A DNA stretch of 64,000 nucleotides from Nitrosopumilaceae archaeon (GCA_965214835.1 CBDCCK010000002.1:2528001-2592000), one strand, 5' to 3'; counted from the first letter of the stretch, positions 40,336-52,045 are shown. Numbers and translations: made by a program. The notes: generated from the sequence alone by a model not told the origin.

Positions 40336-41213
40336 CGACGCAAAGTCGTGCGGCCAGACGTACTCCTTTTTGAGGGTCTTGTGGAAGGACTCGACATGTC
40401 CGTTCTGCTCGGGCGTGTTGTGCCAGATGTACTCGCACCGGACTCCCAGAATCTTCATGCTCTCCTTGAACTGGCGGCTCGTGTACTGGGTGCCGTTGTC
40501 GCTTCTGACCGGAAGCTTTCTTGCCTCGTCTGCCGAGATTGTAGAGACTGCCCTTGTCAGCGATTCGACTGCGACCTGTGCGGTGGCCTGCGTGGCAAAG
40601 ACGTATGCTATCCACTTCCGGGTGAACGTGTCAATCACGCTAAGGCAGTAGCACCACCCGTCTATACCGCACCAGACGTATGTAATGTCGGTCTCCCACA
40701 GCTGGTTTGGCCCTGTGAGCTTGAACCTGTCTCTTTTTCCTGCTCTTATTATGTCGTTTTTGGTCTTTTTAGGCGTGATCCAGCCTATTTTGCGGTATAT
40801 CTACTGTATCTTTTTGCGGTTTGTCGGCACGCCGGTCTCGCGGCTTATCTGGGCTGCCATGCGGCGCGTGCCGTATGTGGGCCTCTTGTTGCCGATCTCC
40901 CTGACAAGCGAGACCGTCTGCGGATCCGGTTCTGTCTGTCTTTGCGGCTTTTTTACGTGGTACCACGCAGTTCTGGAGGCGCCGCTGTACTGCAGGGTCT
41001 TGTCCATGCTCCAGCCCCTCTCCCTTAGCAGTATTGCAACGCTCACCTTTTGCCTGCCTCCAAGGTTTTTTTTAAAAGCGCATTGGCTATGGCATACTCG
41101 CCGATGATGTTTTTGAGCGACTCGTTCTCCTTTTGGAGCCTGCCTTCGGCCGTTGCAGGGCCGCTGCCTGACAGCGATGCGCGTCCGCCCTGCAAAAAGC
41201 GTTTCCTCCACTG
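40336..41213 (-). pseudogene. Doubly truncated IS3 copy (sibling of 52630-53890)
   Basis: High similarity to 52825-53700, internal stops, both ends missing. Confidence 0.88.
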
Positions 41214-42298
41214 AGAAGCGATTCTTAATTAGCAGATTTTGACCCACTTGGGCACTAATCTATGCCTGACGGATCAAAATACCTGTAAAACCATGTACAA
41301 ATCATGTGTTTGATCGATAGACTGACAAAAAACCCACGGACGTTCCGGATGTTTGCAGGAATGACCGAGGCAGAGTTTGACCAGCTGTGTACCGAGGTGC
41401 AAAAGAAATTTCCAGATACCGAGAAGAAGAGGCTCTCAAGGCCCGACCGTGTGCGGGATATAGGCGCAGGCAGGCCCTTTGCCCTGGATCTGAGGAACCG
41501 CGTACTGCTGGTCTTGTTCTACTACAGGACGTACGTCTCCCAGGACGTGGCTGGCGCCATGTTCGGTATAGGACAGGCGTCGGTCTCGCGCTCCATAAGC
41601 CTGACTGAGCCCCTGCTAAAACAATGCCTGCCGATCCCCGAGAAGATCTACAAGGACTCCAAGAGGATCTCCTCAGTCGAGGAGCTGGCCGAGATCTTCC
41701 CGGGGATGGTGTGCCTGACTGACGCCTCCGAGCAGCCCACAAACAGGCCCAAGAGAAAGGACATGGAAGAGTCGCACTATTCGGGCAAGGCAGGCACGCA
41801 CACGGCCAAGGTCCAGTATACGGTCAACATACACGGTGCCATAGTGCACAAGACCCCGCACTCGCCGGGGCGCGTAAACGACGTCAAGATATACCAGATG
41901 AAGCATCCCACGTTCTGGAGCGGTGAGGAGGACGGCGAGGAGCTGCGGCACTATATGGATCGCGGATACCAGGGTGCGCAGCACATCGATGCAGGGACGA
42001 AGGTTATACTTCCAATCAAGAAGAGTCCTGGCGGCAAGCTGACCGACGATGAAAAAGAGTACAACAGAACACACTCAAAGATACGGGTGTACGTGGAGAA
42101 TGGCATACGCAGGGTCAAGACATTCAAGATAATGAGCTACAAGTACAGAAACAGGCTCAGAAAGTACGATCTGGCCAACAGTATCGTGTGCGGGCTGGTC
42201 AACCTGAGGATACTGGAACGGATAGCCGCTGTGGCCTGAAAAACACGGCAGAAAACAACTGCAACCTGCCACTCGTAATTTAATTACGGATTGCTTCT
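41214..42298 (+). mobile_element. IS5-family element, complete (transposase 41304-42239)
   Basis: IRs AGAAGCGATTCTTAATTA / AGAAGCAATCCGTAATTA, CTG on both flanks; TDASEQ, MDRGYQG, RVYVENGIRRVK. Confidence 0.92.
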
Positions 42299-42347
42299 CT
42301 GCGGTTACGATAACAATCTTAAAAGCGTGGCTGGACATATAAAATCC

Positions 42348-42557
42348 ATGAAGACAAGAAGGTTTACCGTGCAGGTGATCAAGTCTCCTGAAGGCGGATA
42401 TACGGGCAGGTGCCTTGAACTGCCCGCTGCCATAAGCGAGGCAGACACGATCGAGCAGCTAGAGACAAACATGAGAGAGGTCATCACTCTGGTCTTGGAG
42501 GTCATTGAGGAAAAAACAAGACCCGACCAGAAAATTACCATCGAGATCCCAAATTGA
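42348..42557 (+). CDS. hicB: HicB-family antitoxin
   Basis: GGYTGRCLELPAAISEADTIEQL. Confidence 0.85.
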   Translation: MKTRRFTVQVIKSPEGGYTGRCLELPAAISEADTIEQLETNMREVITLVLEVIEEKTRPDQKITIEIPN

Positions 42558-42769
42558 GCCTTAGGAACCACAATTGGCTGGATGTCACAAAGGCACTGGG
42601 CAGGTTTGGATACTATGTAAACAGGCAGAGAGGAAGCCATATTATTTTGCAAAACAAAGCTGGCAATATCGTTCCGGTGCCAAGACATTCCCCAATAAGA
42701 GAATCCACACTGAAAGTGATCCTAGCGCAGGCCAAAATATCAAGGGATGATTTTCTAAAACATGTCTGA
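42554..42769 (+). CDS. hicA: HicA-family toxin
   Basis: RQRGSHIIL, VPVPRH, TLKVILAQA. Confidence 0.88.
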   Translation: MSLRNHNWLDVTKALGRFGYYVNRQRGSHIILQNKAGNIVPVPRHSPIRESTLKVILAQAKISRDDFLKHV

Positions 42770-42949
42770 TCTTTTTGGGACGGGGGTTGCTCATGTATGT
42801 TCTCCTGAGAGGTGATCCGAAATCAGGGATCATGCGAGTTTCTCAAGTGACTTCAGACAGTTTGCATTTTGCTGGTATTTTGGACTGTCATGCAGATTCG
42901 TTCGCAAACAATCAGAATCTGCTGATCTCGAATCGACTCTCGGCACGGG

Positions 42950-43850
42950 TCACCGGTCCCAGTCAAAGCGACGCTGCAAGAGATCGTACAGGCGCTCGTT
43001 GTGCGGCCGAAAACAGTCCACCAGCATCCTGCGCGTGTCGTCTCGCATCGGGAGGTAGCTGTCTATCTTTAGACTTCTAGGATCCCCGTCTGGCCGGATG
43101 CTGTCTGGCCGCAGCCCCAGCTGCAGCACTCGACGGGGATCACGCAGGACCGCGCCGCCTGCGTCAAACGGCTCCAGTCCCAGAAACTCAAAGACCCGGT
43201 CAAGCATGCCCTGCCGGTCCGCCTCACTCATCGGTAGTCAGGACAAGGAGCCTGTCCCCATCGTAGTGTCTGAGCCATCTGGCCAGCTGCTCTGCGTAGT
43301 GGCCCTTGTGAAGGTAGGAGTACCGGTGCAGGCTGTGCCAGTGAAACCCCGGATCCGATGCGGCTCTTCCCATCTCGTATGATATCCTGTCCTTCTCTGC
43401 CGCTATCGCGTCCTCAAACGTCAGCGATTCGATCCCGCGGCGGAGATCCTGTTATAATCAGAGTAGGCGCGGTCTACCGGGTTGCGCAGGATGGCAATCA
43501 GCCTGACGTCCGGAAGCGCGGCCTTGACCCTGCCTGGCGCCAGCGGGTGGAATATGTAGACGGGGGTGGCCTCTCCGGACAGCATCCTGCTGTCTGTCTT
43601 CCATGCAAGGTAGCGCTTGCGCAGGACGGTCGGAAAGTAGGAGCGGTACCACATCATGCCCCTTCCTATAGGCCAGAGCATTGGAAAAAAAGTGCACCTC
43701 CTTGGGCGCAGAAAGCACCTGCGGATGCGTGTTTATCAGGCTGTACAGCGACGAGGTCCCCGACTTGGTAATCCCTATGGTGAGAAAGTCAGGCAGGGTA
43801 CGGAGAAACGACGTGTAGATGCCATTCCTGTGTGCCATACGGGTGATCCA
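42950..43850 (-). pseudogene. Frameshifted sulfotransferase (heparan-sulfate sulfotransferase-like fold)
   Basis: LPDFLTIGITKSGTSSL (PAPS loop), KEVHFF, GEATPVY, ILRNPVDRAYS, FRPHNERL in several frames. Confidence 0.85.
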
Positions 43851-44436
43851 GTGGGTGCGCTTAACGAGACTGCCCGGCGGCGGGGGGACATGCCCGTATT
43901 TGCTGCGTCCACTGCCGGCACCGGCACCTGTAGCATCGCCCTCCCCCCCCCCACTCTTCACAGTGGCACCGGGTACTTGGGCACCAACAACACTACGGCG
44001 GAGTTCGCGCGAGATCAGCTTTGGCACGAAGTCCAGAAGCATCGATACTCTCGGGTATTTTGCGAGCCGCCAAAAGTCCGTCCTTAAGACGTGTCGTGAA
44101 CGTCCACAAACGGGACACCTCACGCGACAGTCATGCGATCCCATGGGCTCGAACAGCAGGCTGCGCGTCTTATTCGGCTCAAGGCGTGCCCCACAGACAT
44201 GAAAGACCCACGTCACCAGTCACAGCGTAGCATGTTGGGCGATGCGATATAAATGTACAATGTCAGGCGGGGTTGTGTCTTGTGCGGAAATTTTTTTTTT
44301 TTTTTTGGACAACCCCCGCCCAAGGCGTCCGGATAACGAGAATGATAATCACAGCCAAGAAAAATACACCTCACGGCAGGCCTCATGTTTTGAAAAAAAA
44401 GATAGGCTGCAAGGTGCGCTTTCAAAACATGTCTAG

Positions 44437-44790
44437 TTGAACGTCAACAGGACATGCGTTTACCTGCGACAGGGATGGATGGCGATAGCGCCAGTATTTG
44501 GATTTGGCAACTTTATCACGCTTATCTGCATAACGGTCGGGTTTGACGTTCCGCTGTACGTGTTTGCGCCGCTACTGGCAGCCGCCGGGCCGGTCTTTAC
44601 AGGCAAGCTGTTCAGGGACAGGCAGGTGCCAACGGACATGAGCGTGAAATATTTTCGATCACAGGAAGCGCTGACGTCCCAGTACATTTTGTGGGAGCAG
44701 ATCAAGCTGATCTGCAAAAACAGAGGAGTCCCACTCCGAGACGAGTTTGTCAGGCGTCTTGACACGCTAAAGACAGCAGCCAAAAAGTGA
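44437..44790 (+). CDS. Hypothetical membrane protein
   Basis: 117-aa ORF with two hydrophobic segments. Confidence 0.5.
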   Translation: MNVNRTCVYLRQGWMAIAPVFGFGNFITLICITVGFDVPLYVFAPLLAAAGPVFTGKLFRDRQVPTDMSVKYFRSQEALTSQYILWEQIKLICKNRGVPLRDEFVRRLDTLKTAAKK

Positions 44791-45158
44791 GCGGCCACAG
44801 ACACCGCATCCCGAACAGATCCACGGTGGGTAGAGAGACGGCAACAAGCAATCCCGGTGCAAGACCGCATGGGAAAAATCACCGTTGCACGGTACCTGCT
44901 TTTACAGCAGCTGACTGCGCATGGACTCCCCTTGACATCCCTGAATCCGTGACTTGTCGTGCCATCATCAAGTCACATGATCCCAAACGGCTTTGATTCC
45001 TGAGAGTTGGTCCGAAATTGGCAGAATTTGATCATATGTGATCAATTTGCACAGAACGTCTCAAAAAACTGGCAAAATGCAAACCGTCTGCGAAATTACT
45101 TGAAGGATTCGTACGGCTTCTGATTTCGGATCACGCCTTTGCAGTTAGTTTTGAGCGG

Positions 45159-45968
45159 TCAGAGATGCGGTTCAATCTTGCCTAAAATTTCCCTTGCGGC
45201 AACATCCCACCCCACTCGAAGACCTTTTGGAACGTATGGATTTGTCGAGCCGTGCAGGCCCTTCATTTTTTGCCCATCCAGAAATTTTTCCGTCATTCTT
45301 GTTCTAAAATCATCGTATTTTATGTCAGCGGAGTTTAGAACATCTTTCAAGATTTTGATTATTGTGCCTGTTTCACTCGTAATTTTGAGGCCAGAGTAGA
45401 TGTCATAGACGTCTTTGCCCTCGTCTCTCTCGTAAAACGCCTTTAGTTTTTTGGCAATCAGAGTATGGAGCGAATAGACCGGAACCTTGTCTACTGTCAG
45501 CGGGAGTATCGTGCTGCTTGCGCCGGTCACTTGGCTGTTTCCAGCCGTTGCTTCTCCCATATTGAATTCAAGAAACACACTATCATCCATATTGATTTCG
45601 TTTTTGAATTTGCACGTAAAATGAACAATGTTTTTTCGCCGTGCCTCTTTTGGAATTGTGTAAGAGCTGCTCAATGGGGCAATAACGTTGTTTTTAATAA
45701 ATTCTATTTTTTCATCTTTTGATCTGTCATCTTTGAAAAATATATCCAGATCAACATCCTCTGAGAATCTCTGTATATGGCCAAGATATACTTTGTTCAG
45801 TGAGGTACCGCCTTTGCATACTATTTTGGCCTCAGACAAAACTGCATCAGACAACATGACAGGACACGTCTTGCTCCAGATGTCAAACACCCTTGCCTCT
45901 TTTAGGACGTATTGCATTCCAATGCCGGTTCTTGCAGCTGCCTGCTGTGCTTCCCGTAATTCAACCAT
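45159..45968 (-). CDS. AbiEii/AbiGii nucleotidyltransferase toxin
   Basis: KGGTSLNK...RFSEDVDL, AKKLKA, DVYDI. Confidence 0.9.
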   Translation of the reverse strand: MVELREAQQAAARTGIGMQYVLKEARVFDIWSKTCPVMLSDAVLSEAKIVCKGGTSLNKVYLGHIQRFSEDVDLDIFFKDDRSKDEKIEFIKNNVIAPLSSSYTIPKEARRKNIVHFTCKFKNEINMDDSVFLEFNMGEATAGNSQVTGASSTILPLTVDKVPVYSLHTLIAKKLKAFYERDEGKDVYDIYSGLKITSETGTIIKILKDVLNSADIKYDDFRTRMTEKFLDGQKMKGLHGSTNPYVPKGLRVGWDVAAREILGKIEPHL

Positions 45969-46785
45969 CGTACCACCACGAGAGAAGATTTCTCTCCCCT
46001 ATGTTATCTGTCACCATCCATTCTTTGATGTACCTTCCGCCCTTCAGGGCATAGTCAAGCTTTGCCTTGTTTTTTACCCTGCCCTCCAAATATTCCACAA
46101 AGTCTGCAGGGATGTCATATCCCGTCTCTTTGCGAAGCAGTGAAAGCACATAACCAATCTTCTGGCACAGGCTAGACGATCCAAGGCGGTCAAGATGTTC
46201 CTGCATTTCAGTCCAGTCGATTCCTTCCTCTGCCAGGTGCAGGGATTTTAAAACCTCAGAATAGCCGCCTGCGTGACACGGATGGCAGAAGCAGTCAAAG
46301 AACGTCTTTGCCTTTGTTGAGACTGTGTACTTTCCTTTTTTCTCAAATCCGGCGAACCTCCTTCCAAGCTTGACGGCCTTTACCTCATAGTGCTCAAGCA
46401 ACGGGGTCGTCTCCGATTTGTTTTTGGTCGCAACAAAAACTGTGAATGGCTCGTATTCGCTTAGCCCGTGTATTCTCAGTGCGCTTTGGAAGGCAAGGTA
46501 CCCCGAGTACATCTTCAGGCCGACCTCGAAGGGATCCTCAAGGTATGCGCGTCCCTCAAACGCAGTGCTGGCCGGGAGTCTCAGATATACGCCCTTTCCC
46601 ACCCCGGTTATCCAGCCCTTCTTTTCCAGCCTGTTGATTACCACGTAGAGATAGGCCCTGCTCAGTCCCAGTCTTTTATCATCTATTTCAGATACCTTAA
46701 AGGAGTTCTTTCCCATGCTTTCCAGATGGAGATAGAACTTTTGCTCTTCATGGCTGAGTGGCACTGTGGAGAGGTTTAGGTCCAT
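45961..46785 (-). CDS. AbiEi-family antitoxin / transcriptional regulator
   Basis: LEKKGWITGVGKGVY, YLAFQSALRIHGL, KTFFDC. Confidence 0.88.
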   Translation of the reverse strand: MDLNLSTVPLSHEEQKFYLHLESMGKNSFKVSEIDDKRLGLSRAYLYVVINRLEKKGWITGVGKGVYLRLPASTAFEGRAYLEDPFEVGLKMYSGYLAFQSALRIHGLSEYEPFTVFVATKNKSETTPLLEHYEVKAVKLGRRFAGFEKKGKYTVSTKAKTFFDCFCHPCHAGGYSEVLKSLHLAEEGIDWTEMQEHLDRLGSSSLCQKIGYVLSLLRKETGYDIPADFVEYLEGRVKNKAKLDYALKGGRYIKEWMVTDNIGERNLLSWWYDG

Positions 46786-47283
46786 AATCTAACCATGACA
46801 GTTAGATTTTAAATTCTTTTCTCGCCAACAGGCATGTGGGATCGGATGCCATCTATCTATCCGAGCAGTCTTTCAACTGCCAGAATTGTAATAGGTTAGC
46901 CCCTAGCCAGATTCGCATGAGGGTAACAGGTCGGACTCTGGAAGCTCAGGCGTGAGTTTTGTCACTGATGAATGTCGATCAAAACAGAGTTTGTGCCTGA
47001 AATCAGAAACGGCTTCCAGAACCCGATCAGCTGCCTGCAAAGCAAACCGTAATTTTGACACATCGTGTCTGTTTCGATGAAAAGATATTCGATTTTCGAC
47101 CGTGCGCACTTGCAAATCAATGCCGTCTCGGGCTGACACGGGGAACGGGGTTTTCATACCTTCATTAATGGCCGCCGTTCCTCGTAGCTGTTCACGAAAT
47201 TCTGTACCGTCTGTGACACAAAACTCTCCCAGAACTTTCACGATGCTGGCGGTCCTGGAATATGCCCCAAATGCAATCCCGAG

Positions 47284-48828
47284 ATGATCATTCCAAAGAG
47301 TCAGGCATTTGGAGCGAATCGTTCCGGAAAAACGAGACCCTGCTCCAAGGGCTGCGGCGCCGAGATCTACTGGGATGGCTCGTTCAAGTCTGACAGTGGC
47401 AAGTTCGTTCCGATTGATTCGAGGACTGATGAGCCGCATCGGTGCGACGGTGCGGCCAAACCAGCAGGGCCCGCCATACTGCCAGCGAGGCAAAAGAACA
47501 CCCCGGGAAAAAAGAGTCAAAGCAGGAATCAAAAATCCCGCTGCCCGAAGAAATCTTATTCGACGTCAGAAAAATCCCAAGATCCCTCATCGAGGATAAT
47601 CCGATAGTTCATGAAATCGTCCAGGGTCACAAAGAGAAATCCCTGGGGATAATTCACTAGACTTTATGCGTAATCGGCACAAATCAGAAAAATCAGGCAG
47701 CTTTTTCGTCGTTTTTGACAAATACGCATAAAGTCTACTATGAAAACATGGCATCCCCCGAGCCTGAAAAGATTCCGGTCGGATCCCTAAATGATGTCTT
47801 GTCTGAAAAAATCCTGAACGGGATTAAAAAATACGGTTTTTCGGGGCTTTTGCCTTTCCAAGCCGAGTCCGTCCGTTCAATTCTAAGTGGAAAAGACACC
47901 ATCATCTCTGCGCCCACCGGCTCGGGAAAGACCGAGGCCTTTAGCATACCTATTTTGGAGAGGATGTTGCAAGAGCCCGAGCTCAGGGTGTTTGCCCTAC
48001 TTGTGTACCCCCTAAACGCACTCATTGATGACCAGGTTTCAAAAATCTCAAGCCTGACAGACAAGTGTGATCTGAAAGGCATGATGGGCGTCTATTCCAT
48101 TCATGGGGGACAGAGTTCCCAATACAAAGACATGATAATTTCAGACGCCTCCAAAAAGTCGCTAGTCGTCGTGACGAATTTCGATTTTATCAATTACCAC
48201 CTGATTCTGCAGGACAAAAAATGGAACATACTGTTCAAAAACGCAAAAATCATCGTGATGGATGAGGCACACTCGTATACCAGATTTCACGGATCAAACG
48301 CGTATCACGTTCTAAAAAGGATGAGGCGCCACATGAAGGATGTTCAGTTTGTCGGCTCTTCTGCAACCCTGGACAACTTCCCGGAGTTTTTCTCAGACAT
48401 GTTTGACCTGCCCCAAGAGTCCTTTTCGTACATCAAAAGCAAGACCGGGCGGAAAAGAGACATGGAGATGATTTTCATCATGCCAAGAAAGTTTGGCCAG
48501 CGAACCACCATGGAGATGCTGGCATCCATCTGCCACAAGAACAAATCTGCACAGCTGATTTTCAGCAGCTCCCACAACGATGCGGAGTTTTTAGCGTCAA
48601 ACGTGGAATCTGCCAACGGCGGGATGTGCATCCAGATTCACCGCGGGGCCTTGACCAGAGCAGCCGAAAGCTGTACGAGTCCCAGACGAAGGCAGACGAG
48701 CTAGACGCCCTGTCCTGCACCCCGACCTCGGAGCTGGGCATCGACATTGGCCGCGTGGACGTGGTGATCTCTGCGTTCAAAAACGAGTTTGACTCTTTCG
48801 TGCAGAGGATTGGCCGCGCGGGCAGAAT
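47284..48828 (+). pseudogene. DEAD/DEAH-box helicase with N-terminal Zn-finger, disrupted
   Basis: APTGSGKT, YPLNAL, MDEAH, SAT, ELGIDIG, QRIGRAGR; frameshifts, MITE at 47659 and truncation at 48829. Confidence 0.85.
47659..47736. mobile_element. 78-bp MITE (family B)
   Basis: AGACTTTATGCGTA / TACGCATAAAGTCT IRs, ACT TSD. Confidence 0.9.
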
Positions 48829-48906
48829 AGACTTTGCATAATCGGTTTAGATTTAGGATTATTACGAACAAATTCAACTCATTCAGGTCGATTACGCATG
48901 AGGTCT
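48829..48906. mobile_element. 78-bp MITE (family A)
   Basis: Inverted sibling of 2786-2865. Confidence 0.85.
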
Positions 48907-48981
48907 ACTACACGATCTAGGCCAGCTGGACTTGCAGGGTACATTTTCAAGTATTGGCATGTGGAGTCTAGAGAAACTGCT

Positions 48982-49059
48982 AGACCTTATGCGTATTTGC
49001 CAAAAATGACGTAAAAGCTGCCTGATTTTTTTGATCTGTAGCGATTACGCATGAGGTCT
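48982..49059. mobile_element. 78-bp MITE (family B)
   Basis: Inverted sibling of 47659-47736; its end forms part of the TAG stop of the AbiEii gene. Confidence 0.85.
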
Positions 49060-49852
49060 ATTCAATCACATTGGGTATTTCTTCTCTAATCTCAGACAAC
49101 ATTTTTGGAATGTTGATTGACTCGTTGATCAAACGTGTTAAACTGCGTAAATGTTCCTTCAAAACTTCTTCAATATCTTCAGGAAAGAATTGTCCGATGC
49201 CAGTAAATTTGACATTTTTTGTTTCACATTTTTTCAAAAAAAGATCTCCGACACCGTTCCAGATTTTGTTTTCTTTGAGCAATCGCCAGACATCATAGTA
49301 ATCCCTAATCTTTCTACGCTGGAGGATTGCTCTCAATTTTTCTGCCAGTATTGTTTCAAGTGAGTAAACGCTTACCGAGAATTTTGGATAGTCATAATAC
49401 TGTGGTACCGGCATTGCTACAATTTTGCCAATCTCCTCTTCGCGACTAATTTCAATTTTTAATCTAGCCGTGCTAATGGGCCCCGTATACTTGAACCTGC
49501 TTTGAAAATATCCCGGGTTTGTGTATGGTGATCCTTCAAGTTTTAACGCAATTTGGTTTTTTTGCATCACAATATTTGGTATTTCTTTTTCAATCGGCTT
49601 GACAAACTTTTCCCATGCTGTATTGCCTATGGGTGTGAAATCAAGATCTTCTGACAGCCTCCACTGGTTAGGAAAGTAGATCTTTGACAGGGCCGTACCT
49701 CCCTTGAAAACAAGCTTGTTAGAAATTGAACTGTTTGCAATGCCATAGAGCATCCATCCGAGAACATAGTCTTTTTCCACCGTGTCGACTCCGACTTTTA
49801 GCTCCACGGCCTTCTTCCTAAGTTCTTGATGTGAGATCATTATTGCGTCCAC
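49058..49852 (-). CDS. AbiEii/AbiGii nucleotidyltransferase toxin
   Basis: VEKDY, FKGGTAL, RLSEDLDF, AEKLRA, RDYYD. Confidence 0.92.
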   Translation of the reverse strand: MDAIMISHQELRKKAVELKVGVDTVEKDYVLGWMLYGIANSSISNKLVFKGGTALSKIYFPNQWRLSEDLDFTPIGNTAWEKFVKPIEKEIPNIVMQKNQIALKLEGSPYTNPGYFQSRFKYTGPISTARLKIEISREEEIGKIVAMPVPQYYDYPKFSVSVYSLETILAEKLRAILQRRKIRDYYDVWRLLKENKIWNGVGDLFLKKCETKNVKFTGIGQFFPEDIEEVLKEHLRSLTRLINESINIPKMLSEIREEIPNVIE

Positions 49853-50658
49853 CTGTCTGGATCAATTGTTGCATTGACAATCAGAGACCATTTTGTCTTT
49901 ATTTTGCCCCTTTTTGGAGAGAGTGGATCAAGCATGGAATATCCCTTTTTAACTTCTGCATTTTCCAAAACATTGAGACACTTATCAAGTCCCAGTACTT
50001 CGGAGATGTATCCAAGCCTTTTGACTACCGCGCCATTTCCAATCTTTACTGCCATCTTGGACAACGTTTCAAGCTTCAGCTCACTGGCAGAAAAATAAAG
50101 TGCCCTTGCAACCTCGTCAATGCCTCCCGCATGTTCCGGATGATCTAGGCAGTCTACGAATGTTTTTGCAGGCGTTGAGATGTTGACAGGCATGTTCTCA
50201 ACTGTGGTGATTGCGGCAACGCCAAACATTTTACGTGGAATTATTGTAACAAACTTGAATTCAACATTCAGTATTTTTCTAGAATTTCTTGGTTTTGGTG
50301 TGGCAATGTACACACAGGGCGGTGTCTGCTCTGTGAATCCGTAATGGTTGAGGGCGCTCCAATATCCGATGTAATATGGTTTTGCCAGCAGTGATCCTAT
50401 TACAAAGCTGTGAATGGTGTAACTGTCAGCTCCTTCCTCGCCTGCCTCAAATGGAGCTATAGCATAAACCCCCTTTCTTACTTTTAGAATCCATTTTTTT
50501 CTGACCAGCCAGTCTAGGACATTTTTTGGATTGCTTACTAGGTTCTTGACATCATCTAGCGTGAATATTGTCTTGTTTTTGTGACTGAGTCTTGCCAGAA
50601 CTCCCGCCTCCCTTTCCGACAATGTATGTCTGTATTTTTTTATGGGCATTCGAACCAT
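49840..50658 (-). CDS. AbiEi-family antitoxin
   Basis: LVRKKWILKVRKGVY, YIGYWSALNHYG, KTFVDCLDHPEHAGG. Confidence 0.9.
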   Translation of the reverse strand: MVRMPIKKYRHTLSEREAGVLARLSHKNKTIFTLDDVKNLVSNPKNVLDWLVRKKWILKVRKGVYAIAPFEAGEEGADSYTIHSFVIGSLLAKPYYIGYWSALNHYGFTEQTPPCVYIATPKPRNSRKILNVEFKFVTIIPRKMFGVAAITTVENMPVNISTPAKTFVDCLDHPEHAGGIDEVARALYFSASELKLETLSKMAVKIGNGAVVKRLGYISEVLGLDKCLNVLENAEVKKGYSMLDPLSPKRGKIKTKWSLIVNATIDPDRWTQ

Positions 50659-50967
50659 AACTCGAAAATCATTAAGAAAATATAGGTTTTTGGTGCTTAA
50701 AAGTATGACGGAAACCGGCTTGTTGCATAACCCCGATTTTAGGCACGAAAAACTGGCTGTTTTTACGCGTTCAGGCACGGTTATGCATCCATGGTAAAAC
50801 GCCCGCCAGTAACATGGCGACGTTCCTTTCGTCTTCTGATCCGTGCCTAGTCGGCCGGGCCGTGCTTTATAGCTAACGCTAGCAATACGCACGAGCCAGT
50901 CCTGTCGCACCTGCCGAGGTGCGGGCGGATCATTGGGTGGGTGGGTGGGGGATGGAAGGTGGCAATC

Positions 50968-52045
50968 CTATGCCGTTCCCACCAGTTCTGTCACCCTCTT
51001 GATCTTCCTGTCGTACAGGGCAGCATTGCGCGATGAATACACAGTCTTTGTCGTCAGCATGTGCCAGATTATCCTGAGCATCTTGTTTGCAACATGCGTT
51101 ATCGCTATGACGTGGTTGTTGCCGTTCCTTTTGCGGACCCTCTCGTAGAACTCCCTCATCCTGTCGTCGTGCTGTACGGCGACGTTGGCTATCTGGATCA
51201 TCAGCCAGTTGATCCTGCGGTTTGCATCCTTTTTCATGTGGCCGTGGTACTCGCGATCCCCCGACTGGTACACCCGGGGACACATGCCGGCCCAGGACAC
51301 AAGCTGGTTCGGCGATGGAAACCTGGTTATGTCACCGATCTCTGCTATCAGCAGCATTGCTGCAAAGGTGTCTATTCCCGTCATGCTCAACAGCAGCTTG
51401 GCATCCTCGTTCGATCCTGCCTGTCTTCCTATGTCCTCCCCTGCTTGGTCTATCTCCTCTGTGACGTGTACAATCCTCCTAGTGCAGCTTGCCAGTATCC
51501 TGTCATCGTTTGGCATGTTCAGCCTGGTATTGGAGATCTTCCGTATGGCCTTCTTGGAGTACATCGTGGATGCATCTATGGCTATGTCGTACTTGTCAAG
51601 CCAAGCTGTGCAGCCCGTTTATGACTGCGGTCCTCTCCTGCACCATCCGTATCCTGTACCTCATCAGCTCCCTGACATCCCTCAGCTCTGCTGATGCCAC
51701 GTAGCATCGTGGTATCATTCCGGCCCTGAGCGTTTCGGCTATCTTCCTTGCATCTATCGGGTCAGTCTTTACGCTGGTCTCTGATACTATCTTCATCTTG
51801 AGGGTGTTTGCAAGCAGTATGGGGATATGCTGATCCTCAAACGCCCTGAACGTCTTTAGCCACATGTTGCCCGTTGACTCGCACGCGGCCTGGCACTTTT
51901 TGTACTCTTTTTTCAGTCGTGCAGCAAGCTTTGATGCCTCCTTGTACGTGTTGTTATACGAGCCCTCCTCTAGCACGTGTCCCTTGGCGTCGATGACGCA
52001 CACTGCGCATTTTCTCTTTCCAATGTCTATTCCTATGCTTCTCAA
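50968..52045 (-). pseudogene. IS110 DEDD recombinase with a single +1 frameshift at ~51600
   Basis: GIDIGK, CESTG, KTDPIDA (RuvC-like) and IGDITRF...YQSG (Tnp20 serine); removing one G restores SLLDKYD. Confidence 0.92.

Noticed and set aside
44290-44306. Long T homopolymer
   Set aside because: Likely terminator-like or low-complexity tract; no evidence of phase variation
46903-47532. 209-aa minus-strand ORF
   Set aside because: Overlaps a palindromic repeat and the helicase 5' end; no recognisable motif
50659-50910. N-terminal extension of the AbiEi ORF
   Set aside because: Runs through MITE and IS110 end sequence
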